From Brevundimonas sp. (GTDB taxonomy: Bacteria; Pseudomonadota; Alphaproteobacteria; Caulobacterales; Caulobacteraceae), in the NCBI GenBank assembly GCA_052436175.1, contig JBQVNM010000009.1: a DNA stretch of 64,000 nt; one strand, written 5' to 3'. A program made the translations under genes and the position numbers. Shown here in pieces: positions 10,158 through 22,703 of the stretch. Below the pieces are notes generated by a model. That model did no database searches and had not been told where the DNA came from. It saw only the letters and a list, made by a program, of their open reading frames with translations. Position 1 is the stretch's first letter, and each line of letters begins with the position of its first letter.

Positions 10158-10826
10158 CTAGATCAGGGCCAGAACCAGAAACAGAGCCATGACATAGACC
10201 GCGATCCGTAACACAGCCCAGGTCGTCAGCAGGCCGGCCTGTCTCCAGCTCAGGGACAGCTTGGCCCGGAACCAGGCCGTTTCACAGCCGACGAACCACG
10301 CCAGCCCGGCCAGCATGACGGCCACGCCGATGGCGTTGTTCATGTCGGGGCGCTGGGTGATGACGCCGCCGGCGGACATGACGGCGGCGATGGGCGTGGC
10401 GAGATAGCACTGGGCGTAGAAGGGCGTCCTCAGGCTGCCACGGCTCAACTTCTTGCCCTGATGACGCAACAGGGTCAGGGCCATGACCAGAGGCGCCAGG
10501 CTGAACACCAGCGAGCGGAACAGGATCAGGTTCTGCTGTGACGCGGAAATGACCCGCACGGCGTCCGAGCCGTCATGGGGCGGCGTGATGTGCAGGGCCG
10601 AAGCGATGACATTGGCCAGCACCAGGGTGGCCAGCAGCATCAGCGGCGGGCTGATGGCGTCGTCGTAGCGGTTCTCCTCGCTGTCCGACTGTTCGCGGTC
10701 GGAATACTCCATCGTCTTCAGCGGATGGCGGACGATCCGCCACATCGTCAGCGGCAGGAAGACCAGCCAGCTCGTGGCCTCGACGATGAACTCCTCGAAG
10801 CTGCGCAGGATCTTCAGGAAATCCAT
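10158..10826 (-). CDS. hypothetical polytopic membrane protein
   Basis: The start is taken at MDFLKILRS (ATG at 10826, GGAGG about 8 nt upstream). It has 5-6 hydrophobic segments. The upstream part of the 361-aa track ORF is basic, Arg/Pro-rich and looks non-coding. Confidence 0.55.
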   Translation of the reverse strand: MDFLKILRSFEEFIVEATSWLVFLPLTMWRIVRHPLKTMEYSDREQSDSEENRYDDAISPPLMLLATLVLANVIASALHITPPHDGSDAVRVISASQQNLILFRSLVFSLAPLVMALTLLRHQGKKLSRGSLRTPFYAQCYLATPIAAVMSAGGVITQRPDMNNAIGVAVMLAGLAWFVGCETAWFRAKLSLSWRQAGLLTTWAVLRIAVYVMALFLVLALI

Positions 10827-11022
10827 CGTTCGCCTCCGTCTTGCGCCGCGCCTGCCATGGCGGCGGCGCCCGGTGCAGGGTGGCGACTTTTGCCGGGGCC
10901 GCAAGTCCGGCGATGCCGCTTTCCTCGCGGAGCCTTCGACCAGCGGCGTTCGCGTCGGGAGATGGGGCAATCTCGCCCGACCTCGCGATTGACCTCTGCC
11001 GGACTTCCCGCATTCTACGGGC

Positions 11023-12141
11023 GTGGATCGAAGATCCGGCGGATCGATGGGGGCGATGATGGACGTGTCGAGGGGAACGTGGCCGATCCGGATCGCCGCC
11101 GTCGCCTGGTTCGTGGGTGGAGCGGCCTTTCTGCTGGCCGTGCCCGTCATCCTGCAGGCCTGGGTCTTCCTGCTTCCCGCCATCGTCGTCCTGGCTGCGG
11201 GGCTGGCCTTTCCGCTGGCCTGGGTCTGGCGCTGGATTCGCAAGCGGGGCGGTCTTGGCGCGGCGTGGCTGAAGACGGCGGTCGTCCTGACCTTCCTGAT
11301 CTCGGTGATCGTTGCAGCGCCCGTCTATTTCATCGCCTTCTACACGCAGTTTCGCCCGGCCCTGGCGCCTCAGGTCACCCTGACCAATGGCGAAAGGACC
11401 GTCGTGATCCAGGGCATGCAGCATGTCGCGACCGACCAGTTCTACCGCAGCGTGGTGTTCGATCTCGAACAGGCTCTCTCCCAAGGCTCGGTCCTGTTCT
11501 ACGAGGGGGTCCGTGACGCGGACCCTGAGTCCAGCCGCTGGTTCCAGACAGTCGTGACCGATGGCAAGGATCTGACCGACGCCTATCGCGAGCTGGGCGA
11601 CATCTGCGGACTTCAATTTCAGAACGACTATCTGCAGGTCGTGGTGCAGGACGCGGTGGCCCACCCCGCCTCACACATCGTGGCCGACGTTTCCACGGCG
11701 GACCTGAAGGCCGAGTACGATCGGCTCATGGCCTCCGATCCGGCCTTTGCCGAAGCCATGGCCCATCGCAAGACGGACGACGCCTCGACGGACGGAGTCG
11801 AACAGGCCATCGCCTTCCTGAAGAACGGCACGGCGGGTCAGCGCGAACTTGCAGGCGTGGTCTGCCGGGGGGTCATGACCATGGTCATGACCCGCGCCAA
11901 TGATCCCCAGGCGCACGATGACCTTGATCCGCTGATTCTGGACTACCGCAGCCGGATCCTGGCGGAACGGCTCCTGGCCGAACGCCGCCCGCACAGCTAC
12001 GTGACCTATGGGGCCAAGCATATCGCGGGCACGTTCCAGGTGATGAAGGCCGCCGATCGGAGATGGCGGGTGGCCTCCGTCAAATGGGTGCGGACCATCG
12101 ACACCCCCCAGACCTACACCCGCGTCCTGGCCTTGTCCTGA
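11023..12141 (+). CDS. membrane-anchored hypothetical protein, possibly TraB/GumN-like (start uncertain)
   Basis: N-terminal transmembrane segments are followed by 'VVIQGMQHVATDQFY...' and 'YVTYGAKHIAG', reminiscent of the TraB/GumN His motifs. The family assignment is tentative. Confidence 0.45.
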   Translation: MDRRSGGSMGAMMDVSRGTWPIRIAAVAWFVGGAAFLLAVPVILQAWVFLLPAIVVLAAGLAFPLAWVWRWIRKRGGLGAAWLKTAVVLTFLISVIVAAPVYFIAFYTQFRPALAPQVTLTNGERTVVIQGMQHVATDQFYRSVVFDLEQALSQGSVLFYEGVRDADPESSRWFQTVVTDGKDLTDAYRELGDICGLQFQNDYLQVVVQDAVAHPASHIVADVSTADLKAEYDRLMASDPAFAEAMAHRKTDDASTDGVEQAIAFLKNGTAGQRELAGVVCRGVMTMVMTRANDPQAHDDLDPLILDYRSRILAERLLAERRPHSYVTYGAKHIAGTFQVMKAADRRWRVASVKWVRTIDTPQTYTRVLALS

Positions 12142-12149
12142 ACCGGGAT

Positions 12150-12178
12150 CACGCCCACCCCTGAACGGTGTGGGCGTG
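12150..12178. terminator. stem-loop between convergent genes (candidate bidirectional terminator)
   Basis: Perfect 9-bp stem CACGCCCAC (12150-12158) / GTGGGCGTG (12170-12178) with an 11-nt loop, between the stops at 12141 (+) and 12191 (-). Confidence 0.45.
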
Positions 12179-12190
12179 AGGCGTGCGGGC

Positions 12191-12982
12191 TCAGAACCGC
12201 CGGTCGCTGTCCATGGCGTGACACTCGCCGTCGAAGGGCGTCAGGCCCTCGATCTGGATATGGCCGGCGCGGCGATCGATGGTCAGCTTGGGCTTGTTCA
12301 GGCCGCTGAACCGGAACTCGGCCCGGACGAAATCGCGCGAGACCGACAGGTTGTTGAGGTCGTACCAACCGTCCTGGGCTCCGCTGTGGAGGGGCGGCAC
12401 CATGTTGCTGGCCGGACGGATGCGCCCCTGATTCCCGTCGATCTCGATGGTGACCGAGGTGTTGTAGTCCTGCTCGTTCCAGGTGTAGCCCGAGCGCGGC
12501 ACATACCGGTTCTTGTCCGAGTCCCACTGGTAGCCGGTATCGGGCCGGGCCTCCTGGCGGCGTCCCGCTCCGTAGCAGATCAGGGCCAGATGCTCGCGGT
12601 ATCCGCTGCGGTCGTAGGAGTCGCCATAGCCGAACTCGGGCGGGCGATACCCGCCGCCGCCGCTGTTTCCGTCACGGCCGCAATCGGCGGCCGGGGTGCT
12701 GACGATGGAGTCGTAGCGGCCGTTGCGGGTCGCCACGCTGATGCAGGCGTTCTGTCGTCCATTCCACCAGTAGGTCCAGGACCGATCGTCACCCACGGCG
12801 CCCCCGGCGTTGACATAGCCGCGTTGCTGAAGGGCGCTCTCTCCGCTGGAGCCGCGCGCCCCGACCAGATCCCGGAGCTCCGGCGGCGTCGACTGGGCCA
12901 AGACAGGGCCGGCCGACAGAAGCGCCGCCCCGAGCGCGGCGACGCTGATACGCAGTCTGAAATCCTTACGGTACGCGTTCAT
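12191..12982 (-). CDS. secreted hypothetical protein
   Basis: Signal peptide 'ISVAALGAALLSAGPVLAQ'. Good GC3. No family recognised. Confidence 0.5.
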   Translation of the reverse strand: MNAYRKDFRLRISVAALGAALLSAGPVLAQSTPPELRDLVGARGSSGESALQQRGYVNAGGAVGDDRSWTYWWNGRQNACISVATRNGRYDSIVSTPAADCGRDGNSGGGGYRPPEFGYGDSYDRSGYREHLALICYGAGRRQEARPDTGYQWDSDKNRYVPRSGYTWNEQDYNTSVTIEIDGNQGRIRPASNMVPPLHSGAQDGWYDLNNLSVSRDFVRAEFRFSGLNKPKLTIDRRAGHIQIEGLTPFDGECHAMDSDRRF

Positions 12983-13144
12983 GGCTGTTCTCCCACCCCG
13001 GCCACACCGACAGCGATCGTCGGTCCGTGAAACCTGACAGAGCCAATGCGCCCGCGCTAGAGGGAGTTCCCCGCGTAAACCATCTTGGCCATTTCCCCCC
13101 GGTCGAGGCCTGGCCAGACCGGGGGACGACGACGCCTTAGACCG

Positions 13145-16603
<3,459 letters not shown>

Positions 16604-16622
16604 GGGAGAGCCTCTTGTTCTT

Positions 16623-16937
16623 CTAGTTCGTCACGACCGCGCATTCCCAGCCGTCATAGTCCAGCTGGAAGGCGGCGGCCCAGGATTGCATCATGGCGGA
16701 GATGGGGGCGAAGGAGGTCTCGTCCACCGCCGTCGTCGTCTCCAGAACGGTCATGTCGTCCGACCCGCTGGTTACGAAGCCTGCCCGGCGCGCCACCTCG
16801 TTCAGGTCGTCGTGGTCGCCGTCCCCATGAAAATAGAACAGGGTGTGGCGCGGCGTGATCCCGCTGTCGCCGTGCTCGGCCAGGGCCGCGCGCACCATGG
16901 CGTCGCGTTCGTCGTGGCTGATGACGTCTTCATGCAC
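16623..16937 (-). CDS. RraB-like protein (regulator of ribonuclease activity B family)
   Basis: Acidic 104-aa protein. 'HTLFYFHGD...' and the C-terminal 'QLDYDGWE' align with the RraB/YjgD pattern (...YDGWG). It lies 20 nt upstream of carB on the same strand. Confidence 0.55.
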   Translation of the reverse strand: MHEDVISHDERDAMVRAALAEHGDSGITPRHTLFYFHGDGDHDDLNEVARRAGFVTSGSDDMTVLETTTAVDETSFAPISAMMQSWAAAFQLDYDGWECAVVTN

Positions 16938-17066
16938 GGGCGCGGCGATCCTCTATGCGCGCGAAGGCCCGGCGCGAGAATCGCGGCCGTTCCGTCGGGT
17001 TGTCGGTTAAGCGGCCCGTCTAGAGAAGGGGGGGCGGGGGAGCAAGGTGGAATCTCTGATTTGCGT

Positions 17067-17255
17067 CCCTCTCCCGGCGGGAGAGGGCTTGAGCGCACGC
17101 GGGCGCCAGCGCGCGTTCTTGCGCGAAAGGGTGAGGGGCTGGCGTTGGAGTGGGCATAAGCCTCATCGCCGTGCGACGGCTGGCGCCGACTGGGCCGCCA
17201 ACCCCTCATCCGTCTCGCTGCGCGAGCCACCTTCTCCCGCCGGGAGAAAGGAAGG
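17067..17255. repeat. family-1 structured inverted-repeat element (variant, 'empty')
   Basis: Hairpin cores: CCCTCTCCCggcgGGAGAGGG (17067-17087) and CCTTCTCCCgccgGGAGAAAGG (17230-17251). Flanking 'GGGTGAGGGG' (left) and 'CCCCTCATCC' (right) are in inverted orientation. The element ends 9 nt from the HAD gene stop. Confidence 0.7.
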
Positions 17256-17263
17256 TTCGCGCC

Positions 17264-17962
17264 CTACCCCCCCACCGCCGCGATCCAGTCCGGCAACTCC
17301 CCGATCCGGCTCAGGGAGACATAGCGGGGGTGCCCCTCCGGCGCGTCGGCCACTTCGTGGGCCCAGGTGACGTGGTAGGGGATGTGAACCCCGAAGGCGC
17401 CGGCCTCGAGGGCGGGCAGGACGTCGGACTTCATCGAGTTGCCGGCCATCACCGCCTCGGCCGCCCCGGTGCCGTGGCGGGCGAAGACCCGCTCATAGGT
17501 GCTGCGATCCTTCTCCGAGACGATCTCGACCGCCGCGAACAGGTCGCCCAGGCCCGAGGCGGCCAGTTTGCGTTCCTGATCCAGCAGGTCGCCCTTGGTG
17601 ATAAGGACCAGCCGGTATCTTTCCGACAGTTCGGCGATGACCTCGTCCACGCCCGCCAGGGTCTCGACCGGGTGAGCCAGCATCTCGCGCCCGGCGGCCA
17701 GGATCTCGCGCACCACCTCGGGCGGGGCGCCGCCGTCGCACAGCTCCATCGCCGTCTCGATCATCGACAGGGTGAAGCCCTTCACGCCATAGCCGTAGAG
17801 CCTGAGGTTACGGCGCTCGACCTCGGCCAGCCGAGCCTCAATCGTTTCCAGATCGCCGTGGTCGTCCAGCAAATCGACGAACCGCGCGTGGGTCAGGCGG
17901 AAGATGGTTTCGTTGTGCCAGAGGGTGTCGTCGGCATCGAGGCCGATGGTCGTGATCGGCAT
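17264..17962 (-). CDS. HAD-superfamily hydrolase
   Basis: Motif I 'IGLDADDTLW', motif II 'LVLITKG', and a C-terminal acidic motif. Confidence 0.8.
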   Translation of the reverse strand: MPITTIGLDADDTLWHNETIFRLTHARFVDLLDDHGDLETIEARLAEVERRNLRLYGYGVKGFTLSMIETAMELCDGGAPPEVVREILAAGREMLAHPVETLAGVDEVIAELSERYRLVLITKGDLLDQERKLAASGLGDLFAAVEIVSEKDRSTYERVFARHGTGAAEAVMAGNSMKSDVLPALEAGAFGVHIPYHVTWAHEVADAPEGHPRYVSLSRIGELPDWIAAVGG

Positions 17963-17990
17963 GGGTGTCCGTCGTCGTTGCTTGCCGCTT

Positions 17991-18069
17991 GGTGAGTAGT
18001 GCTAGTGAGCATGAGGTGAGTGTCGGGCCGAGGATCGCGCTCACCCCTCGCTCACTAGCACTACTCACC
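17991..18069. repeat. 79-bp palindrome in a divergent promoter region
   Basis: Perfect 20-bp arms GGTGAGTAGTGCTAGTGAGC (17991-18010) / GCTCACTAGCACTACTCACC (18050-18069). The 39-nt spacer contains a second imperfect inverted repeat (GAGGTGAG.../...CTCACCCCTC). Confidence 0.85.
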
Positions 18070-18106
18070 CCTGCGTTCGCAATCGACACAAAGAGAAGGT
18101 CCCAGC

Positions 18107-18793
18107 GTGACGACATCGGCGATCATCATCGGCGCCTCGGGCGGGATCGGCGCGGCCGTCGCGACGGCCCTGCGGGCCTCCAATCGGTTCGCCGTCGTCC
18201 ACGCCCTGTCGCGCTCCGGCACGGGTCTGGATCTGGAGCACGAGGCCTCCATCGCCGCCGCCGCCGCCCGGGTCGCCGAGGGGCCGGCGCCGACCCTCGT
18301 CTTCGTGGCCACCGGCGTCCTCCATTCCGGCCATGACCCCGAGCGCAGCTATCGGGCGATGACGGCGGAGCATCTGCTGCGCGACTACCGGATCAACACA
18401 GTCGGCCCGGCGCTCGTCGCCAGGCATTTCCTGCCTCTGCTGCCGCGTGACCGGCCCGCCGTCTTCGCCGCCCTGTCGGCCCGGGTCGGGTCGATTTTGG
18501 ACAACCGGCTGGGCGGCTGGCACAGCTACCGGGCGTCCAAGGCGGCGCTGAACATGATCCTTCGAAACCTCGCCGTCGAACTGGCCCGCAGCCATCCGCA
18601 GGTGGTGGTCGCGGGCCTGCACCCCGGCACGGTCGCCACAGACCTCAGCGCCCCGTTCCAGAAGGGGGTGAAGCCGGACAAGCTGTTCACGGCCGAATAT
18701 TCCGCCGAACGCCTGCTGGCCGTGCTCGACGGCCTGACCCCGGCCGACAGCGGCGGCGTCTTCGCCTGGGACGGCGCGCGAATCCCCGGATAG
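18107..18793 (+). CDS. short-chain dehydrogenase/reductase (C-factor-like SDR)
   Basis: GTG start. 'AIIIGASGGIGAA' Rossmann motif and the 'YRASKAALN' catalytic YxxxK. Confidence 0.85.
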   Translation: MTTSAIIIGASGGIGAAVATALRASNRFAVVHALSRSGTGLDLEHEASIAAAAARVAEGPAPTLVFVATGVLHSGHDPERSYRAMTAEHLLRDYRINTVGPALVARHFLPLLPRDRPAVFAALSARVGSILDNRLGGWHSYRASKAALNMILRNLAVELARSHPQVVVAGLHPGTVATDLSAPFQKGVKPDKLFTAEYSAERLLAVLDGLTPADSGGVFAWDGARIPG

Positions 18794-18802
18794 TCTGACG
18801 CC

Positions 18803-20119
18803 ATGAGCCAGACCGAAGTCATTCCCGTTCCCACTGCCCGCAAGCTGGGCTGGGGGCTGGCCGCCCTGGTGGTGGCCGGGAACATGATTGGGTCGGGCGT
18901 CTATCTGGCGCCGGTCAGTCTCGCGGCCGTCGGGTCGTCCAGCCTGATCGGGTGGCTGATCTGCGGGGCCGGGGCCATGGTGCTGGCGGCGGTCTTCGCC
19001 GGTCTGGGGCAGCATCAGCCGGACGCCGACGGCCTGTCGGACTTCACCCGGCGCGGGCTGGGCCGGTTCATGGGCTACCAGACCGCCATCGCCTACTGGG
19101 CCGTCTGCCTGACCGGCAATGTGGCGGTGGCCCTGGCGGGGACCGGCTATCTGGCCTTCTTCTTTCCCGTCCTGAAAGAGCCCCTGTTCGGCGCCCTGTC
19201 CAATCTCGTGCTGATCGGCGTCACCACGGCGGCCTATGCGTCGGGCGCGCGGACGGCGGCGCGACTGGGGGCGGCGACCCTGGTCATTGGTCTGCTGCCC
19301 ATCCTGTTCGCCATCGTCGCCGGCGCCCTGGCCTTTTCGCCCGCGACCTTCAACGCCTCCTGGAGCCCCGAGGGCCAGCCTCTGGTCCAGACCATCCCGG
19401 CCTCTCTGGTCATCGTCTTCTGGAGCTTTCTCGGGCTGGAGAGCGCTGCGGCCCTGTCGCGGCTGGTCAGAAATCCGGCGCGGGACGTGGGCCGGGCCAG
19501 CGTCGGCGGCGTGGCCCTGGCCCTCGTGGTCTATGTCTGCGCCTCCGTCGCCGTCTTCGGTGTCATCCCGGCGGGCGAACTGGCCGCCTCGACCAGCCCC
19601 TTCGCCGATCTGGCCGCGCGGGTCTTCGGCGCCTCCATCGCCGGGATCGTGGCCGCCTGCGCCGTCATCAAGGCCCTGGGGACCATCGCCGGCTGGACCA
19701 TGCTGGGCGGTGAGACGGCCCGCAGCGCGGGCGAGGCGGGCTATCTTCCGCGCGTCTTTGGGTCGGCCGCCACGCCGGGGCGGCTGCCGTTGAGCAACCC
19801 GCTGATCAACGGCGCGATCATGGCCCTGCTGGTCGTGGCCACGATTCAGCCAACCCTGGCCGGGCAGTTCGGCCTGCTGATGGGGGCCTGCACCGTCCTG
19901 ACCATCTGCCTCTACGCCCTGTGCTGCATCAGCCTGTTCCGCGCGACCCGGTCGTCCGCCTGGCGTCTGCTGGCGGGGGTGGGACTGGTCTTCTCGGTCG
20001 GCACCGTGATCGCCGCCTCGCCCGGATCGGTCGTCCCGGCCATCGTCCTGTTCGGCGTGACGAGCGTCGGGTGGTTGTGGGTGCGCCGGACCGGCGGGCG
20101 GGCCGACATCATCCGTTGA
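18803..20119 (+). CDS. APC-family amino acid permease
   Basis: 438-aa protein of about 12 transmembrane segments. '[15 protein letters not shown]' is typical of amino acid/polyamine antiporters. Confidence 0.75.
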   Translation: MSQTEVIPVPTARKLGWGLAALVVAGNMIGSGVYLAPVSLAAVGSSSLIGWLICGAGAMVLAAVFAGLGQHQPDADGLSDFTRRGLGRFMGYQTAIAYWAVCLTGNVAVALAGTGYLAFFFPVLKEPLFGALSNLVLIGVTTAAYASGARTAARLGAATLVIGLLPILFAIVAGALAFSPATFNASWSPEGQPLVQTIPASLVIVFWSFLGLESAAALSRLVRNPARDVGRASVGGVALALVVYVCASVAVFGVIPAGELAASTSPFADLAARVFGASIAGIVAACAVIKALGTIAGWTMLGGETARSAGEAGYLPRVFGSAATPGRLPLSNPLINGAIMALLVVATIQPTLAGQFGLLMGACTVLTICLYALCCISLFRATRSSAWRLLAGVGLVFSVGTVIAASPGSVVPAIVLFGVTSVGWLWVRRTGGRADIIR

Positions 20120-20187
20120 CCCGACCTCCCGCACTCTTTAGTGACGCCGCCGTTTGCCCGTCGGGATTCGGTGCTAAGGAGGCCGCC

Positions 20188-21351
20188 ATGACCACTCAGC
20201 TTCTCCCCGGTTGCACCGGCGTCCTGGCGCTCGCGGACGGCACGATCCTGCAGGGAATCGGCGTCGGCGCCCACGGTTCGGCCTTGGGCGAGGTGGTCTT
20301 CAACACCGCCATGACCGGCTATCAGGAAATCCTGACCGACCCCTCCTACATGAGCCAGATCCTGGCCTTCACCTTCCCCCACGTCGGCAATGTCGGTGTG
20401 AATGTGGAAGACATCGAACAGATGGGCGGCGGCTCCGACACATCGGCGCGCGGCGCGATCTTCCGCGACGTCCCCACCGATCCGGCCAATTGGCGCAGCC
20501 AGAACAGCTTCGACGGCTGGATGAAATCGCGCGGCGTGGTTGGCCTCGCCGGGGTGGACACCCGCGCCCTGACCCAGATCATCCGCGACAAGGGCGCGCC
20601 CCACGCCGTCATCGCCCACGATCCCGACGGCCGGTTTGACCTCGAGGCCCTGGTCGCCCGGGCGCGGGAGTGGACCGGGCTGGTCGGTCTCGACCTCGCC
20701 AAACCCGCCTCGACGCTGCAGGCGTTCGAGTGGGACGAGGGTCTGTGGGAATGGCCGGAAGGTCATCCGAAGACCGAGGGCCGCAAGACCGTCGTCGTCA
20801 TCGACTACGGGGTGAAGCGCAACATACTGCGCGCCCTGGCCTCGACCGGCGCGAAGATCACCGTCGTGCCCGCCACCACGACGGCGGAGGAGGTGCTGGC
20901 CCGCAACCCAGACGGCGTCGTCCTGTCCAACGGTCCGGGCGACCCGGCCGCGACCGGGGAATACGCCGTGCCGGAGATCAAAAAGCTGGTCGACAGCGGC
21001 AAGCCGGTCTTCGGCATCTGCCTCGGCCACCAGATGCTGGCCCTCGCCCTCGGCGCCGCCACGGTGAAGATGGATCAGGGCCACCACGGCGCGAACCATC
21101 CGGTCAAGGATCTGACCACGGGCAAGGTCGAGATCGTCTCGATGAACCATGGCTTCACCGTCGATCGCGACAGCCTGCCGGACGCCGTGCAGGAGACCCA
21201 CGTCAGCCTGTTCGACGGCACCAATTGCGGCATCCAGCTGAAGGACCGCCCGGTGTTCAGCGTCCAGCATCACCCGGAGGCCTCGCCCGGGCCGACGGAC
21301 AGTCTGTATCTGTTCGACCGCTTCCACGCCCTCATGGACGGCGCCGCCTGA
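20188..21351 (+). CDS. carA: carbamoyl-phosphate synthase small subunit
   Basis: AGGAGG lies 5-6 nt upstream of the ATG at 20188. '[21 protein letters not shown]...' and the GATase triad region 'GICLGHQ...HHGANHPV' are present. The N-terminal extension in the track ORF (from 19921) is rejected. Confidence 0.95.
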   Translation: MTTQLLPGCTGVLALADGTILQGIGVGAHGSALGEVVFNTAMTGYQEILTDPSYMSQILAFTFPHVGNVGVNVEDIEQMGGGSDTSARGAIFRDVPTDPANWRSQNSFDGWMKSRGVVGLAGVDTRALTQIIRDKGAPHAVIAHDPDGRFDLEALVARAREWTGLVGLDLAKPASTLQAFEWDEGLWEWPEGHPKTEGRKTVVVIDYGVKRNILRALASTGAKITVVPATTTAEEVLARNPDGVVLSNGPGDPAATGEYAVPEIKKLVDSGKPVFGICLGHQMLALALGAATVKMDQGHHGANHPVKDLTTGKVEIVSMNHGFTVDRDSLPDAVQETHVSLFDGTNCGIQLKDRPVFSVQHHPEASPGPTDSLYLFDRFHALMDGAA

Positions 21352-21575
21352 GGCTGGAGAACGGCGTGACGCTCTGACGCGGGGCGCCACGCATCCTTCC
21401 GACGCCTTCTGCGTATCTGCAACCGGCGGCGGTCCAATTATCCTGCGTCTCATTCTTGGCGGATGCCGCGACGGAATGTAGGAGGTCCGGCGTTCAAGCC
21501 TCGCCGCCTCCGGTTCGGTCCCCCGGGATTGGAACGACGGATGCGCGGTTTCCTCTACGCCGGAGCGTGCTGTTC

Positions 21576-22703
21576 GTGATCAAACGCCACTTCTTCCTGA
21601 TCGCGGCGGGCGTTCTGCTCGGTCTGATGGTCATCGCCGTCGTCTTCAAGCTGGCCTTCGCCGGCGACGGCGCCGAGAAGAAGGGCGGACCCGGCGGCGG
21701 TCGGGGCGGACGGGGTCAGGCCGTGGCCGTGGCGACCGTCTCCACCCGCGACTTCTCCGACCAGATCCGCGTCCTGGGCGTCGCCCGGGGCCAGCGTTCG
21801 GTCAACATCACCTCCTCGACCTCCGAACTCATCACCCGGGTGATGTTCACCGACGGCCAGCGCGTCGCCGCCGGAACGCCTCTGGTGCAGCTTCAGGCCC
21901 GGGAAGAAGACGCCGGCATCATCGAGGCCCAGGCCCAGGTCGATCAGGCCCAGCGCCAGTATGACCGCTACAAGACCCTGGCCGATCGCGGCATCGCCCC
22001 GCGCGTCACCGCCGAACAGGCCGAGACCGACCTGGCCTCGGCGCGCGCCGCTCTCGCCGCAGCCCGCGCGCGTCTGGGCGACCGGGTCATCCGCGCGCCA
22101 TTCGCCGGGATCATCGGCCTGACCACCGTCACCCCCGGCACCCTGGTCAGCCCCGGCGGCGTCATCGCCACCCTGGACGACACCAGCGTCATCCGCGTCG
22201 ATTTCCCGGTGCCGGAGCGCTATCTCGGCGTGCTGCGCCCTGGCCTGCCCCTGACGGCGACGGCCGACGCCTATCGCAACGAGGCCTTTTCTGGCCGCAT
22301 CGCCCTGATCGACAGCCGCATCAATGAAACCACCCGCGCCGTCACCGCCCGGGCGGAGTTCCCCAACCCCGGCGGTCGCATCCTGCCCGGCATGATGCTG
22401 CGGGTCGCGGTGGCCCAGGGCCAGCGCACCTCGACCGCCGCCCCCGAGGCCGCCGTCCAGTACGAGGGCCAGACGGCCTATGTCTACCGCATCGTGCGCG
22501 GCGATCGCGGCGAGACGGCCCAGCGCGTCGAGGTCCAGGCCGGCGCGGTCGAGGGCGGCTTCGTCGAGATCCTGTCCGGCGTCGCCGCCGGGGACCGCAT
22601 CGTCGCCTCGGGCCTGAACCGGATCCAGCCCAACGCCCCGGTCACGACGGGCAATGGCCAGCGTCAGGGCGGCGCCGGCAAGGCCGGAACGCCCGCCCGA
22701 TGA
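21576..22703 (+). CDS. RND efflux periplasmic adaptor (membrane fusion protein); start uncertain
   Basis: Transmembrane anchor 'HFFLIAAGVLLGLMVIAVVF', coiled-coil hairpin and beta-barrel motifs ('VIRAPFAGIIG'). It overlaps the pump gene by 4 nt. A GTG at 21576 with GGAG 10 nt upstream is preferred over the track start at 21456. Confidence 0.8.
   Translation: MIKRHFFLIAAGVLLGLMVIAVVFKLAFAGDGAEKKGGPGGGRGGRGQAVAVATVSTRDFSDQIRVLGVARGQRSVNITSSTSELITRVMFTDGQRVAAGTPLVQLQAREEDAGIIEAQAQVDQAQRQYDRYKTLADRGIAPRVTAEQAETDLASARAALAAARARLGDRVIRAPFAGIIGLTTVTPGTLVSPGGVIATLDDTSVIRVDFPVPERYLGVLRPGLPLTATADAYRNEAFSGRIALIDSRINETTRAVTARAEFPNPGGRILPGMMLRVAVAQGQRTSTAAPEAAVQYEGQTAYVYRIVRGDRGETAQRVEVQAGAVEGGFVEILSGVAAGDRIVASGLNRIQPNAPVTTGNGQRQGGAGKAGTPAR

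Noticed and set aside
10827-11243. Upstream 139 codons of track ORF 10158-11243 as part of the membrane protein.
   Set aside because: This segment is Arg/Pro/Thr-rich with no hydrophobic or conserved features, and it overlaps the divergent gene's start region. An internal ATG at 10826 with a GGAGG RBS gives a coherent membrane protein.
19921-20187. N-terminal extension of carA (track ORF starts at 19921) overlapping the permease gene.
   Set aside because: The extension is basic, low-complexity sequence overlapping the 3' end of a convincing permease CDS. A strong AGGAGG-ATG at 20188 precedes the conserved CarA N-terminus.
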